A DNA stretch of 64,000 nt. It comes from Paragordius varius (lineage: Eukaryota; Animalia; Nematomorpha). A model generated the notes under the pieces. The model did no database searches. It saw nothing but the letters and a program-made list of their open reading frames with translations, and had not been told where the DNA came from. Below are positions 12,521 to 25,671 of the stretch, piece by piece; position 1 is the first letter of the stretch; each line of letters starts with the position of its first letter. The position numbers were made by a program, and so were the translations under genes. The stretch spans positions 6,944,001 to 7,008,000 of the forward strand of contig OZ176056.1 of assembly GCA_964247055.1 (NCBI GenBank). The letters run 5' to 3'.

Positions 12521-15500
12521 ATTATATCATATCTAATTTTTTAAAAACGCCTTAGTTTAAAGGTTAGTTCGCTTTGGATTCTAAAATAACACAATTTATA
12601 ATCAGTTTAGAGACGATCTAATAATTTAATTAAAATTCCGAGGTAATAAAGATGGACAGCATTACTGATATGTATAGATAAAGTCTTTTTAAATATCAAG
12701 CGTTTTTTACCATTTCCACATGCCTCAAAATCATATCAATTACACTTTAACAAAATTATGCTATAGTTATTACAAAAATATGCATTATAAAAAAAGTTTG
12801 ATATCGTATTTTTGCATAAATACTCAACATTTTATACTGCAATCACGGCATTTTGCGTTTACTCAAAAGAATTAGTTTTGAAAGAGCGATAGATTCGCAA
12901 CTTTCAAGTACGCATCTAAAACAAAAACATTGATTTGCTTCTTACATGAAGTTTATATTTTTTAGTAATATTTTCTGGAATGAAGCATTTACTTTAACCA
13001 AAAAAATGTGCTAAAATTTTGCCATTTTCTGATATGGAGCACTCACCACAAAAATATATATAATTTGTTTAAATCACTTGGAAGAAGCACAATGATAATC
13101 CTGACGCTCTTTTCTATCAGAATAAATTATTTTTATCAGTATATATTTTTTATACTCCCCGATCTTAGGCATAGTGTAAATTTAGATACATATCTAATTA
13201 AATAAGTTTTGTTTTTTAATAAATATTTTTGAAAATTAAAATAAGTCAAAATATCTTTAAGTGTATTATGTGGATAATCACCCCGAATTCTGACGTAACA
13301 GAAGTCTTTAATTGTATTGAATTATATGGAAAAATAATTTTAATATCGCTAAGTATTTTACCGTTTCATCATGTTTTAAAATGTCATAAAATACGGTTTA
13401 ACAAAATTTGTATTCATATTTGACCAAATAAATATTTATTTAAACAACATTTTGCTCACAATTATACCATATATAATTTTTTGTATTACGCATTATCAGC
13501 ATTTTTGCTATTATTCTAAGCTAAAAATTTAGAGGAACTAACTTAAATTCGTCCCCAAACCCAAAAGCATTAGAATTCTGATATATCTGTTTTTTGAAAG
13601 AAAAAACTCCTGAAAAATGGAACCATCCGCATGCTTAACTCAGGAAACCCCTTAACAATTGACTTTGCGGGGCTCATTTTCGAATAAATGGCGGGCCGCA
13701 TTAGAAGGCAATAAAATTTTAATACAAAATTACTACCATATATTTCACCAAATTTGGAGAGTTTATTGGTATGGAAAAAATCAGAATATTTGTTTATAAA
13801 GTTATATAAGATTAAAACAGATTTTTGTAAATTAGGAAATTTCGTATTTATTTGAAATTCTTCGAATTTCCTGCGTTTTGTCTGTACTACTCGGAGCAGT
13901 ATGCGGCCTGCGGGCCCCGTAGATTCCTACGTTTAGTTTAAAGATTTCTTTTGTGTAATATTGTTATATAAATTATTATCTCTTCCCTAACAAATTTGTA
14001 GATAAAGAGTTTACTAGAGATTAATCAGCGGGGATTAAAAAGTAACATATTGAATTAAACGTTTATAGAGCATGTATTATTACGAAAAATAATATTATAA
14101 AAAACTATCTCAAGATTATAACAGTGCCTTTAGTTTATTTGAACTAATTTAGCCTAGTTTTACGGTAAATGTTACGGATGTCTAACACAAAAACGGGTTA
14201 GCAGGCTGCATTTGAAACATATATGTTCATAAATAATTTGTTAATTTCTAACAGAAGACAGTAAAATGCGAACACAGATAACATTTTTTTGCCAATTGGA
14301 AGAAAATCCTATTTTCATATAAAATGCCAGTGTAGTTAAGTAATAACGCAGAAAAGCTGTGATTAATATGGATGTTGAAAATCTATTTATTTACTTTTAA
14401 AATTATTTTCATTTGATGAATTTAAAATATCTTGATCCATATTTTAATTATAAAAATATGGCAGTTTTTATCATCTAAAAATATAATTTTAAAAACCAAA
14501 ACATTATAAAATACAATTTTTCGAAATAAATTTTATGACAGCTGATATATGGGCTGGTTTCATATTATAAGATAAACCTAATAATGTATTTATATAACCT
14601 TGAAGGTATATTCGATTCACCTTTATCAAAATAATAGGTAAATATTTATACTAAAACTCTAATTTGGTGAACGGTGTTTATAATTTTATGTAAATACAGG
14701 GCTTCTTAAACTATGGGTCGCGACCCCATTTGGGGGCTAGTGATAAAAATACAATTTGACAAACAATGTTTTTTAACTTGTAAAATTAAGAAAAATAACA
14801 ACATTGTCTCTAGGAACGTTTTATAAAAAAGAACAATTATATTAGTGGTGTTTGATGCTCTTCTAGTGTTGTAATTTGTAGTGTCCCGTGTAATAATATT
14901 TTTTTTATTATTTATTCGGTAATTAATAAATCAAATATAATCTGCAACATGTTATTTTTATATATTCATCATATATAAAAATAATTATTGTCCACGGATA
15001 AATGACTGAACTTAAATAAGAATGGTAGCGACGCAATAATAAGCCAAACCTTCTCAGACACAAAGTATTGGAAAAGAGACATTTAATGTGCGAAAAAGAA
15101 AATATGATGATTCTTTTCTTCAATTTGGCTTTACATTTCAAAATTGTAAGGGTAATAAACATCTCTTTGTTTAATCTGCAATATCGCTTCGGAGATTATA
15201 AAACCATCAAAATTAAAAAGACATTTTGAATCAAAACACGTTGTCAATAAACGCAAAGATATTTTGAAAGATTGTGTATTTTAAATAAAGAAAAGAAAAA
15301 AATAAAATTTATAACCGTTAATATAATATATTTACTAGCATCATATGAAGTTTCATACTCTATTGCTAAAAATAAAAAGAGGTTCACCACTGGCGAAGAT
15401 CTTGTGTTACCTGCTGCTAAAAATGGTAGAAATACTACATGGAAAAAAATAAGGCAATGATATTCGAAAAATCCCTTTGTTGAACGACACTATCTGGAAC

Positions 15501-15709
15501 AAGGAGCAAGAATGAAAGAAAGCCCATAATTTCGGCTTCAGTTGGACGAAACAACTGATATTACTAAACTGGCTCAGTTGTTTATATATGTCAGGTACTA
15601 TAAAGAAAGCGTGGAGGAAGAATTGTTATTTTGTTGTCCTATGAACCATACTACAGGGAAAGACATATATCGCAAAGTTGACGAATTTTTAAAAGCAGAA
15701 GGTTTAGAA

Positions 15710-18348
15710 CAGGGATGTCCAACAGGGTACTCGCGAGCCACTAGTGGCTTATTGAAAATTTTGAGTGGCTCTTTGAAAATTTAAAAAAAAAATTTAAAAA
15801 AAAAATAATTTCTTATTTTTTTTAAAAAATTTTATATGTATATTATATTATTTTTAGAAACTTTTAAAATTCTTTTATTATAAATATCCATCGCATTCAT
15901 TTAATCATTTATAAAACACAATTTTTCCTGCATGTTATTTCCAACTTCAAGATGATAACTTTCACATTAAATTAAAACCTTAAATTACTTGCAAAATATA
16001 GGTATTTAAAATAATTTATTTAGCTTTCATACCAATACTGGGAATTATAATTGGGTCCATTGAAACATTGAAATACTTCCAAAAAATAGGTATTTAAAAT
16101 AATTTATTTAACGATACCAATACTGGGAATTATAGTTAAGGTCCATTGAAAAATTAAATTACTTGCAAAAAATAGGTATTTAAAATAATTTATTTAGCTT
16201 TCATACCAATACTTGGAATTATAATATAGGTCCATTGAAACATTAAATTACTTGCAAAAAAATAGATTTTTAAAAAATATTTAGCTTTCAATATGCCTAA
16301 ATCTAAAAAAGTAACTAGAAAATACAATCCCGACTGGGAATTAAAATATGAGTTTACTCAAATTTTCAACAAAGCGGAACGCCTTATTTAATTTACGACA
16401 AACGGGTATCGCGAATATAATTTAAAAAGACATGCCAATACCATGCATTTGGATTTTATTAATATGACCACAGAAATGAAAATAACTGTATATTTTGAAA
16501 AATCGTTAGTTTTACCAGCTTTAAATCTATTCAATTCTGAATGTCCAGCATTATTTTTTTTAAATGGCATTCAAAGAACGTCAATTTTTTACAAAACGCT
16601 TTAATATGGTTATTCGCATCAACAATTAAATTATCTTGCTTTTGATTCATTTAATTGATTTAGTTTTTCGGTAATATTTACGGAAAAGCATAATTCTGAC
16701 AACCAATCTTCATTGGTTAATTCATCTACCAAATAATTATTCTGCAATGGAAAAATATTTATTTCTTTTAATAAATAATAAAACCTTTTTAGACATTTCC
16801 CTCGACTAAACCACCTTACATTTGAAAAAAATATAAAATCTCCATATTCTGAATGAATTTTTATTAATAACTCCTCAAACTGCCTATGCTTCAAAGCATG
16901 AGATTTTATATAATTAACTACTTTAATAACGGTCATGACATTGTCCATTGTCAGAGCATGTGCGCAGAGACGGTGAATCGCAATGCATTATATATATATG
17001 GTCAATATTAATACCATCGGATTCCATCTTATTTAACAATAATTTCACGGTTCCCTTGTTTTTTCCCATCATAGCTGGGGCACCATCTGTTGTCAAACAA
17101 GATAGCGCCCTTAAATTTATTTTTTGTCCTCAGTACATTTTAAAATTGCATGAAACATATCATCTCCCTTGGTTGTATTTTTCATCGGAATAAGCCTAAC
17201 ATATCTTCTGTTATATTAAAAAATTAATCTATCCGAATAAAGACTACCAATTGTGATATGTTGCTTATATCTGTTTCATCAAATGACAAGAACTCCACAA
17301 AATTCTGAATACTTTATTTTAGGGAAAGTTGAATTTCTTCTGCGATGTCTGTAATTCGTCGACACATAGTATTGGGCGAAAGACTTATACTGGATATTAA
17401 TTCAACTTTATTAGGCAAAACACATTATATATTTTCTACGCATTCCTTTACAAACTCACCATCAGAATAAAACCTCATTTTTTTGGCGAGTAAATTGGCA
17501 ACAATATAACTTAATTTTACTATGGGATAAGGTTGCGTGAATGAAATTGTTGGTTGGAGATTATTAATATTTTTTAAAGATTCTAAAACATATTATCAAA
17601 AGCTTTTAATGGATACGGGGATATGACAAAATATGAAAAAAATGATTTATGTTGTCAATTGTAGCTATCAACCCTCCTATTAATTTACAAATGGAATTAC
17701 TTATTTGCAATCCAATAATGAATTAAAATTATTATTTGGGCAAACAAATAAAATTGAATTTTATAAAAAATATAACGTTTGATAAATTTCCTAATTTAGA
17801 ATTTTTGCACAAAGATTAATTTGTGCTTCTGGGTCCACTTATCTTTGTGAAAGTTTTTTTTCTAAAATGAAATACATAAAATTTCTTTCACGTTCTCTAT
17901 TAACTGATGAAAACTTGGAGAATGAAGTGAGATGTGCTGTATCAAATATTGATATAGATCTGAATAAAAAAATTACAAAACAAATCTCCCATTAAAAATT
18001 TAATTATGCAATGAAAAATATTTATTTCTTTTATTTTTATTAGATAAAAAAAGGTTACATTTTGGCGATTAAATTCGCCACAGTCTACTCTTGTCATACT
18101 ACGAATTGCAATAAGTTTCCCATATACAGGTATTTTTATCTTTTTTTACATATTGATATAATTTAATTAGCAAAGCATTATATTTATAATGTTTATTTTC
18201 TTTTTGATATGAAAATTAGCACATCTATATGTTAATATAATAAATTTTTTTGTTACCAATGTCTTGATATATATAAATAAAAAGTGGCTCTTTGAAATTT
18301 TGAGGTTGAAAAGGTGGCTCTTTAAGCCATTTGTGTTGGACACCCCTG
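15710..18348 (+). mobile_element. hAT (GTF2IRD2-like) nested in the 14697 element, with an internal inversion
   Basis: TIRs CAGGG(A/G)TGTCCAAC with a perfect TSD GTTTAGAA (15702-15709, 18349-18356). The N- and C-terminal transposase parts are on +, and the middle part (~16481-17582) is on -. Confidence 0.88.
15985..16290 (+). repeat. Tandem array of about 3.5 copies of a ~88-bp unit
   Basis: Repeated tacttgcaaaaaataggtatttaaaataatttatttagctttcataccaatactgggaattata...ggtccattgaaacatt, ending at the transposase ATG (~16291). Confidence 0.85.
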
Positions 18349-19137
18349 GTTTAGAATGATTGCTATGGAATATGCACAGATGGTGCAAGAGCGATGACGT
18401 GCAAAAATATTGGTTTTAAATCATTTTTTCAAGCTGCTCATCATGATCATTTAACTTTTACTCATTGCCTTATTCACCGAGAGGCTGCATCAAAAAAATA
18501 GCACCAGAATTGAACTGTGCTTCAGGATGCTGTTAAGATCATATTATTAAGAGCCATGCCCTTAACAGTCGCTTATTTTCAAATCTATGTAGGGATCCCA
18601 ACTACACAGCTTTGTTATTACATGCAGAAGTAAAAAATTATTATTATTAGAAGACGATATCGAAATATTTTTAACTGAACTAAAATGCGAATTTGCTGCT
18701 TGTTTTAAAATGACTCTTGGCTTTATGCCGTGTTATTTGTCAGATATTTTTGGGAAGTTAAACGATCTTAAAGGTTTTTTAAAAAAAAGATTATCATTTG
18801 GTAGTGTAGGGTCGAAAAAATTCGTTCTAAATGTTTTCCAGTGACACCAATTTTGTAATTGAGAAAATTCATTGTAAAACTTTTATTGCAAAAACTATTG
18901 TAGATCACTCAAAAGCGCTAGAAATACAGTTCCGGACATATTTTATATTGATGTTGATTTAAAAAATAGTTTGGATTCAAAAGCCGTTTTGGATGGCTTA
19001 AGTGAGATTGATCATCTGCCACTTAAACCTCAAGAGGAGTTTGCTTTCGTGTGACTCAAACATAAAACAACAATTCAAAAAAACCCCTTGACTGAATTTG
19101 GATAACTAGAACTGAATTTACAATCGCCGATAAGTTA

Positions 19138-19817
19138 TACCATTTGCACTTCAAGAGTAACACTTCAAGTTGGTCCTTGGACATTTCAAGTTGGTCCTTG
19201 AACATTTACAATTCAAGTTGGTCTTTGAACAGTTCAAGTTGGTCCTTGAACATTTCAAGTTGCTCCTTGAACACCTCAAGTTGGTCCTTTGACTTTTTTG
19301 TTTTGTTTTTAACTTTTATCAATCAAATCGTAAATTCATCTATTTATTGTTTTTAACCTATTTTCTATTATTTAACATAAATTTTAAATCGATATCAACT
19401 TTTAATTTTTGAGAAACCGTATATTTATATTGATTTCTTAAAATATTTTTGGATATTTATAGGATTTTAACACGAAATGAAAAAATATATAAGTTTTCTG
19501 GGTTATTAATTAAAAAAATTTATTAAAAACATTTAAAAGTCAATAATTTTGTTCAATTGGAAAAAAATAGTTTGAAACAAAAAAAAGTTGTTTTCAATAT
19601 AAATTTTTATATTTAAATGAATAAATATATAATAAATAAAATTAGGTAAATAAATAATAAAATAAAAAAATAAATGCAAAAATTATGGTTAAATCAAAAT
19701 TTAAAAATTTTAAGGCACCAATTTGAAGTGTTCAAGGACCAACTTGAAATGTTAAGGACCAACTTGAACTGTTCAAGGACCAACTTGAAGTGTTCAAGGA
19801 CACTCTTGAAGATGGTA
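19138..19817. mobile_element. Foldback-type non-autonomous element with 21-bp subterminal tandem repeats
   Basis: Ends TA|TACCAT...ATGGTA|TA. The arms are arrays of TTCAAGTTGGTCCTTGAACAn (~6 copies left, ~4-5 inverted right). Removing it with one TA restores the host frame DKLLNVLMPF. Confidence 0.75.
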
Positions 19818-20535
19818 TATTAAATGTACTTATGCCATTCACCACATATTTATGTGAAGTTACTTTCTTAGCTTTAACACACATTAAATCTCAATATCAT
19901 TCAGCGATAAAAAATGTTGAAGAGGTGTTACGTCCAGTTTCAAACATTACACCAAGATTTGATTTTGTTATGCAATAAAAAACAGGTACATCCATCATCA
20001 AATTTTTGACGTAAACTTTAATTTGATATTTACCACGTAATTACTTGAATATATTCGAGAGGATTGAGACGGTCAAAATCCACTTTTGTTTTTGAAATAA
20101 TAAAAACATTTCTATAACATTTTGTGTAAATATCAATTTTAGATTTTTATATATTTCATAGCATATATATATTGTTACCTAATAGGTATATCATCAAAAA
20201 GTATTAATTTATTTTTCTTTCATATTTGTTGGGGACTTTATAATACTTGAAATCATAAATAGGGTCGGGATTTACAAAAGTTCAAGAAGCCCTGTGTAAA
20301 CACAATGAATAAACATCGATATTTGATGTTTTTGGTAATAATAGCATCCCTTTATCCTGTAAAAAATATCAATTTATTAATAGTATAAATATAATATATA
20401 ACCCTGAAAATAAATCTATATATATACTTTGAGCCTATAATTAACATATACCATATTGAAAAAAATATTGACTTTAAGTTGTTATAAACACTAAAATTAA
20501 CTATTTCGCATCACACTACTATTTTATTCTAAAAA

Positions 20536-22222
20536 ATGTTAAAATCTGCAATCTTCTATCTAATTATTGTAATGGGACAAACATACAATAATGTCATTTC
20601 GATTAAGATATCAACAAATTTTATACGGGAACTAGGATTAATCGTAATTGCAGATAAGAGATCTTTACGGATGACTAACTTTGTTTTTTCACCACTCCTG
20701 ACGGCTATGTCATTGGGTGTTATCCATAAAGCTTCAAACTGCAGTTCATTTGCACAATACATTGTGAAAAAACCCAAAATTAATCCAATACTAAATGCTA
20801 AATTATTAAACGATCTATACATAAAAAAGGAAGTTACCGCTGAATATAGTGAGGGTTTTAAGAAAAATGTGATAAGTAAATATGGAGGATCATTGATATC
20901 AATTTGTCCTCCCGCACCTGAGAAGAAAGTATATGAATTTATAAACTATCGTACGTCATTCTATACAGAGGTTAATAGTATTACTTACGTTCCCCCTAAC
21001 TTCCAAGCTTTGATGCTTAACTCCTTATTTATAACGAGTGACTGGAAAAAACCTATACAATCCAAGTTATTCTATTGTATTATTTTTTATTTTGATCAAC
21101 TCATATATAGCCAATACCATATTTAAATAAATTATTTTTAGAAAAAAAATCCAACTTTTTTCCAAAGCTTACGGCCAAAATTTTCTAACCACTCTGCACA
21201 AAATGCTAAATTTTGAAATTTTTAATATTCTTATTCTCTAACCCCGTTTGCAATAACTCCCATGAATAATAAATTTATAAATTTTGATCTTAATGGGATT
21301 CACTATAAATTTGTTGATTGTGATTACCTTAACCCACCTGCCTTATAATGTGGATATTTTTACAGTTATGTGAGAAGTTTTGTGTCAGTACATAGTATTA
21401 TTTCCAATTTTAAAATTTTACGTTTCAATTGTCATTAAAATAGGGGATAGTATTGTATACAATACTATATGTACAAAAGTAATCAAAAAGCCTCTAAATT
21501 CCCCTTGCCCCCAAATAAACTTAAATAAATGCTTAGGTCATCCGAATTATGACTACTTTCTACAAACATATAAAATATCAAAATGGTTAAAGTGTATTTT
21601 AAATAATACTTTAATAATAATAAACTGTAAAATATTAATATAAAATTTCAAAGTATTTTACCCATAGAATAATGTAATAATTGTATAGTTAGCGGGGTGC
21701 TCGACTTTAATCAATAATAATTTATTATTTTATCTAAAACATGAACGGGTGTATGGTAAACAGTAAGTAGTGATAGGATGACTATTGTGTTATATTGAAT
21801 AACTTAGTCTTTTTTAAAACTTTTTTATGTAAACGCAAGATATAAATAAATATCCTGCCATATATCCAATATATTAATTCTAGAAATATTTTCCATGTTT
21901 TTTACGGTCTGCGAAAGTGGGTGGGAGTACCATTTTTACTGGATGAAAACCGACCAGCCCGTATTTACAATTCTTCAGGCCTTCAAGCAACACTTATTAG
22001 TTTAGATTTTATGGCTGACATGAGTTTAATAATTATATATCCGCATGAACACGAAACTAGGTTTCGAGGCAATGCTAACGTATCTTTTTTGGATGAACTA
22101 GCAAAGTTACCCAATGAAACACAAAACATTAAGTTTGCCATGCCTCACGTGATACAAGAATCAAATCTTTCGCTTGATCAGCTATTTCGATTTGAGAGGA
22201 ATTGTCAAAAGTTTAATATTTT

Positions 22223-22282
<60 letters not shown>

Positions 22283-23179
22283 CATTCATTTATTAATAGC
22301 TTTGGACAGATATGATGTTACAATAATTAGAGCGTCGGGCTCGACTAATCTGGTTATGAGAATAACAAGATTTTCTGAAACTTGAAAATTTTATTATCAA
22401 TAGCACTGTGCATAGAAATGTCATAGCCTTCAATCCTAAATAAAATTTAGTTTTTGCAATTAGAGAATCTAAATTGTATAAGTTTGCTTACAGGACTAAA
22501 TTAGGTTATACAAACTAATCAAGTTAATGCAATCCATAATAGTAAATTATCTTTGGGTTTTTTGACGATACAAAATGTATATTGCCATGCAACAAAATAT
22601 CATGTTACTAGGATATGCCATTTATATCTTTATTCACCCTCGAAAATTCAAATTCACCCTAAAACATTTAAATTCACCTTGGACATTTTTCACTCTAAAA
22701 TAAATTATTTGTTGTTAAATATTAAAAATTACCTATATTATATGTTTTTAAAAAATGTAATTACGTTTTAAATTAAAATAATACTGAAAATATAATAAAT
22801 TACGCCATAAAGATATATTTCATATCTATGATAAGATATAATACGAAAAACATGATTTATATTTCGGGTGAATGTGAATCGTTCAAGGGTCATTTTGAAG
22901 TGTAAATGGTATATCAATAACCTAAATTTCGTTTTTTTATTTTTTAGCAGCTTTCTAACAAAAGCTTTGAAAGGAAATCATGCTTTATCATTGAAATTAT
23001 GGCAGCAACACATTAAAATAAATATTACTGAAAGCGGATTAAATGCGATTAATGTACAATCAAATCCCAAATATTCGCCTTTTTCCAACGGCATAATACT
23101 TAAAAGACCATTTGATTACATGGTCGTTTTGAAAAAGACAGGACATATAATATACTTTGGCAAATTCGTTCAGCCTTAA
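20536..23179 (+). CDS. Serpin-fold secreted protein, type A1 (~361 aa, 3 exons), predicted non-inhibitory
   Basis: Exons 20536-21065, 21884-22210 and 22951-23179 (or 22948), joined by phase-2 GT-AG introns in one open frame. Serpin motifs NFVFSPL, MLNSLFITSDWKKP, FH..VGVPFL, MSLIIIYP, FAMPHVIQESNL and HIKINITESG...RPFDYMV...TGHIIYFGKFVQP. Signal-like N-terminus. Confidence 0.85.
22226..22278. repeat. (TA)n microsatellite
   Basis: About 26 TA units just inside intron 2 of serpin A1; absent in A2. Confidence 0.95.
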
Positions 23180-23581
23180 TAAAACACAAATAAATTTTTG
23201 CAAATTATTTAAATTTTTCATAGTTTAATTATTATATAATGCCTCTTATCCTAAACTGAAGCCAATATTTGACCTGGGGTCCCCAGGACAAATGGCTAAA
23301 ACTAATAAATTTAAAATTATTATATATTGAACACATTGTGAATAAATTTACCATCACAATTCAACCAATTATTAATTTGAAGAATTTTTGGTAGTTCCTA
23401 CATAGAAAAAGTGATTTTATGATATCATAGCGCTTTTTTACACCGTTTTCATCATGCTTCAAGACAGTAAGTGCGCTTTAACAAAATTTGGCGGAATTAA
23501 TTTTTTAAAAAAGGTAAGCATATTAAAAATATTTTTAGTTAATATCATGAAGCCTTCAAAATTTTTATCTCGCAGTCTCGG

Positions 23582-23600
23582 CAGTGGCGGAACAATAAAT

Positions 23601-23632
<32 letters not shown>

Positions 23633-25060
23633 GAAAGATTTAAATACTCCCCCTCCCCCCCTCCCAAAAAAAATCATTTGCAGTTATCTTTTTACCCCGC
23701 GCATCACTTCGATTAATAAAGAAACGTTATATTTAAAAAATTATAATATTTACATACTTGGCATCTATGATGGTTAGTACCCACCCGCCCACTTTAACGC
23801 CATTAATCTTAACGTCATTTTTAAAGTTTAAAATAATTAAAAAAATAACTTATTAAGATCATGTATTAATCAGAAAATTATGTTTTAACTGTCATTTTTT
23901 CATTTTTGAAAAGCATATTGCGTTTTCCTTCGCTCTTTTTCGTTTTTGCGCTCCGCAGATTGTCACTAAGAAATAAAAAAAATTATTTAGAATTAAATAT
24001 TTTGTAATAAAATTTTACAACTATGCGATTATTGTGAAAAAACATGATGCGAATTTCCAAAATCTTTTAGTTAAGAGGTTGGCAACCTTTTGTGTGGCCC
24101 CAAGGTAGTGACCATAATATTTTTAAAATAATTAAACATAAACTATCACGCGCTGTCACTAACATGGACATAATTATAAATTCTATTTTACTATAAACTT
24201 AATTCCTAATTCATTATGGAACAGCTTGTTTAGTGAAGCTTTCTCGTCCACATACTCACATATTCGTTTTTTATATAAACACATTGTCAACATATGGGCG
24301 GAATACAAGCCTACCTAGGAATAGCAGCAGTGAAACTTCTTAAATATAAATTAATTGCTAAAAGTTATCTTGGAATTTGGATAAAAATTTTACAGCTGTT
24401 TAAGAATAATAAAAATTTTTATGGTAATTTGGCCTTTCGAACCGGTCCCAAAAAAGTGGAACTAGAACCGAGCTCTAATTTAAAAATGGAACAATGATCG
24501 GTTCCTAAAACAAGAACCAGGTTCCGGTTCAAAGGCCTGATAAATATGTATAAATGTACTAATTAAATGGAATATAAATATGCGGACCGGCAAGATTTTT
24601 TGATTTTGAGAATAGCCCGCAACCCCTGTTTTAGTCTGTGGTGAGAGTTAATTAAAAATTTTATGTTTTTAAACTAAAACGAATTGAAGATGCATCAAAG
24701 GTTAAAAACATGCAAATGTTGGCCAATTCTCTTTACAGTAAAGTATGTGAAATAACAATCATTCTAAAATTTAATGAATTTCATACACGATATATGCATC
24801 GAAAAACATTTTTAAAATTATTATTTCTTTCTCATACTTTGCTGTAATATGAATTGGCAATGTGGCATTAAATTGCATATTGTATAATCACAATAAATAA
24901 ATTGAGATTACTTGTTAGAAAATATTGTTATAATGAATGGTTTTCTTATTTCCCTTTTTTTGTTCACCATTAAAACTGCCATAAAGGAACAAACAATAAA
25001 ATTTTGACTAAAATTTAATGGATAGTGAAAAAAATGCATTTTTTCCTTTCACTCGATAAT
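23582..25060 (-). mobile_element. Internally deleted, end-truncated copy of the 6052-12520 hAT family
   Basis: Reverse complement of ~12200-12520 joined to ~6600-7780. The terminus is CAGTGGCGGAACAATAAATTGTG followed by a poly-C run; no second end was found. Confidence 0.8.
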
Positions 25061-25074
25061 ATATAAATTATTTT

Positions 25075-25671
25075 AATATAATTATTAGGGTTATATTAGT
25101 ATTTAATTTAAAAAAATGAAAAAGCTTTTGGTTTGCCTTTTTAATAAAAATTATTATTATCATAAATATTTTACCTAGTGACTAAAATGCATAGTTATAA
25201 CTGTAAATTTATTACATAATGGCTATAAAAGATCAAAAATACCTTAAACTTTGTTTTAATCCTTAAAATTTCCAAATTATTAGCCTCGTAAAGAAAATAA
25301 TATCGATGAGATGGTAATTTTTAAAAAAAACTTAAAAATGGTTTTGAGTGACATAAGAGCAATAAAAAAATCATTTAATCAAAAAAACTCTCTTTGTTAT
25401 CTTTTTTGGACATTCATCACCATCTAGACAAAGTTTGAGCTATTTTCATCCATTAGTTTAAAAATATATATTAATTAAAAAAAATGCTCTCGCTTCGCGC
25501 GCTTGTCGCTCTCTGTGTCCAATATTAACTGTCGGGCCCATAATCAAAAAAATCAAATTATACAAAATTCTTAAGTGGAGTTATAATTTTTATTTCTGAT
25601 TTACTGTTAAACTGATGGTAAATATCAGAAAATGCAAAAAACTCGGTGGCATAAAAATTTGTTGTCCAGTG
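25075..25671 (-). mobile_element. Partial copy of the CACTG-ended element at 37493-38616
   Basis: Reverse complement of ~37493-38250; ends ...TTGTTGTCCAGTG|TTA. Confidence 0.75.

Larger units (their letters stand above)
14697..20294 (+). mobile_element. hAT (Charlie, ZBED5/SCAND3-like) transposon, decayed, with two nested insertions
   Basis: TIRs CAGGGCTTCTTAAAC / CAGGGCTTCTTGAAC; TSD TGTAAATA/TGTAAACA. Fragments include LDETTDITKLAQLFIYVRY, GICTDGARAM and LMPFTTYLCE. The empty site is visible at the paralogous position near 26005. Confidence 0.9.

Noticed and set aside
19160-19810. 21-bp repeat arrays as a CRISPR array
   Set aside because: There are no unique spacers or cas genes, the arrays are inverted arms of one element, and the context is eukaryotic.
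22310-22352. Conserved YDVTI..A block (also ~29108-29150) as an extra serpin exon
   Set aside because: It would be entered in phase 2 but exits in phase 0, which is incompatible with the phase-2 last exon. Direct splicing gives a plausible length. RNA-seq could still show rare use.
23454-23777. Poly-Pro and poly-Gly ORFs
   Set aside because: They are translations of the poly-C tract in a hAT subterminal region.
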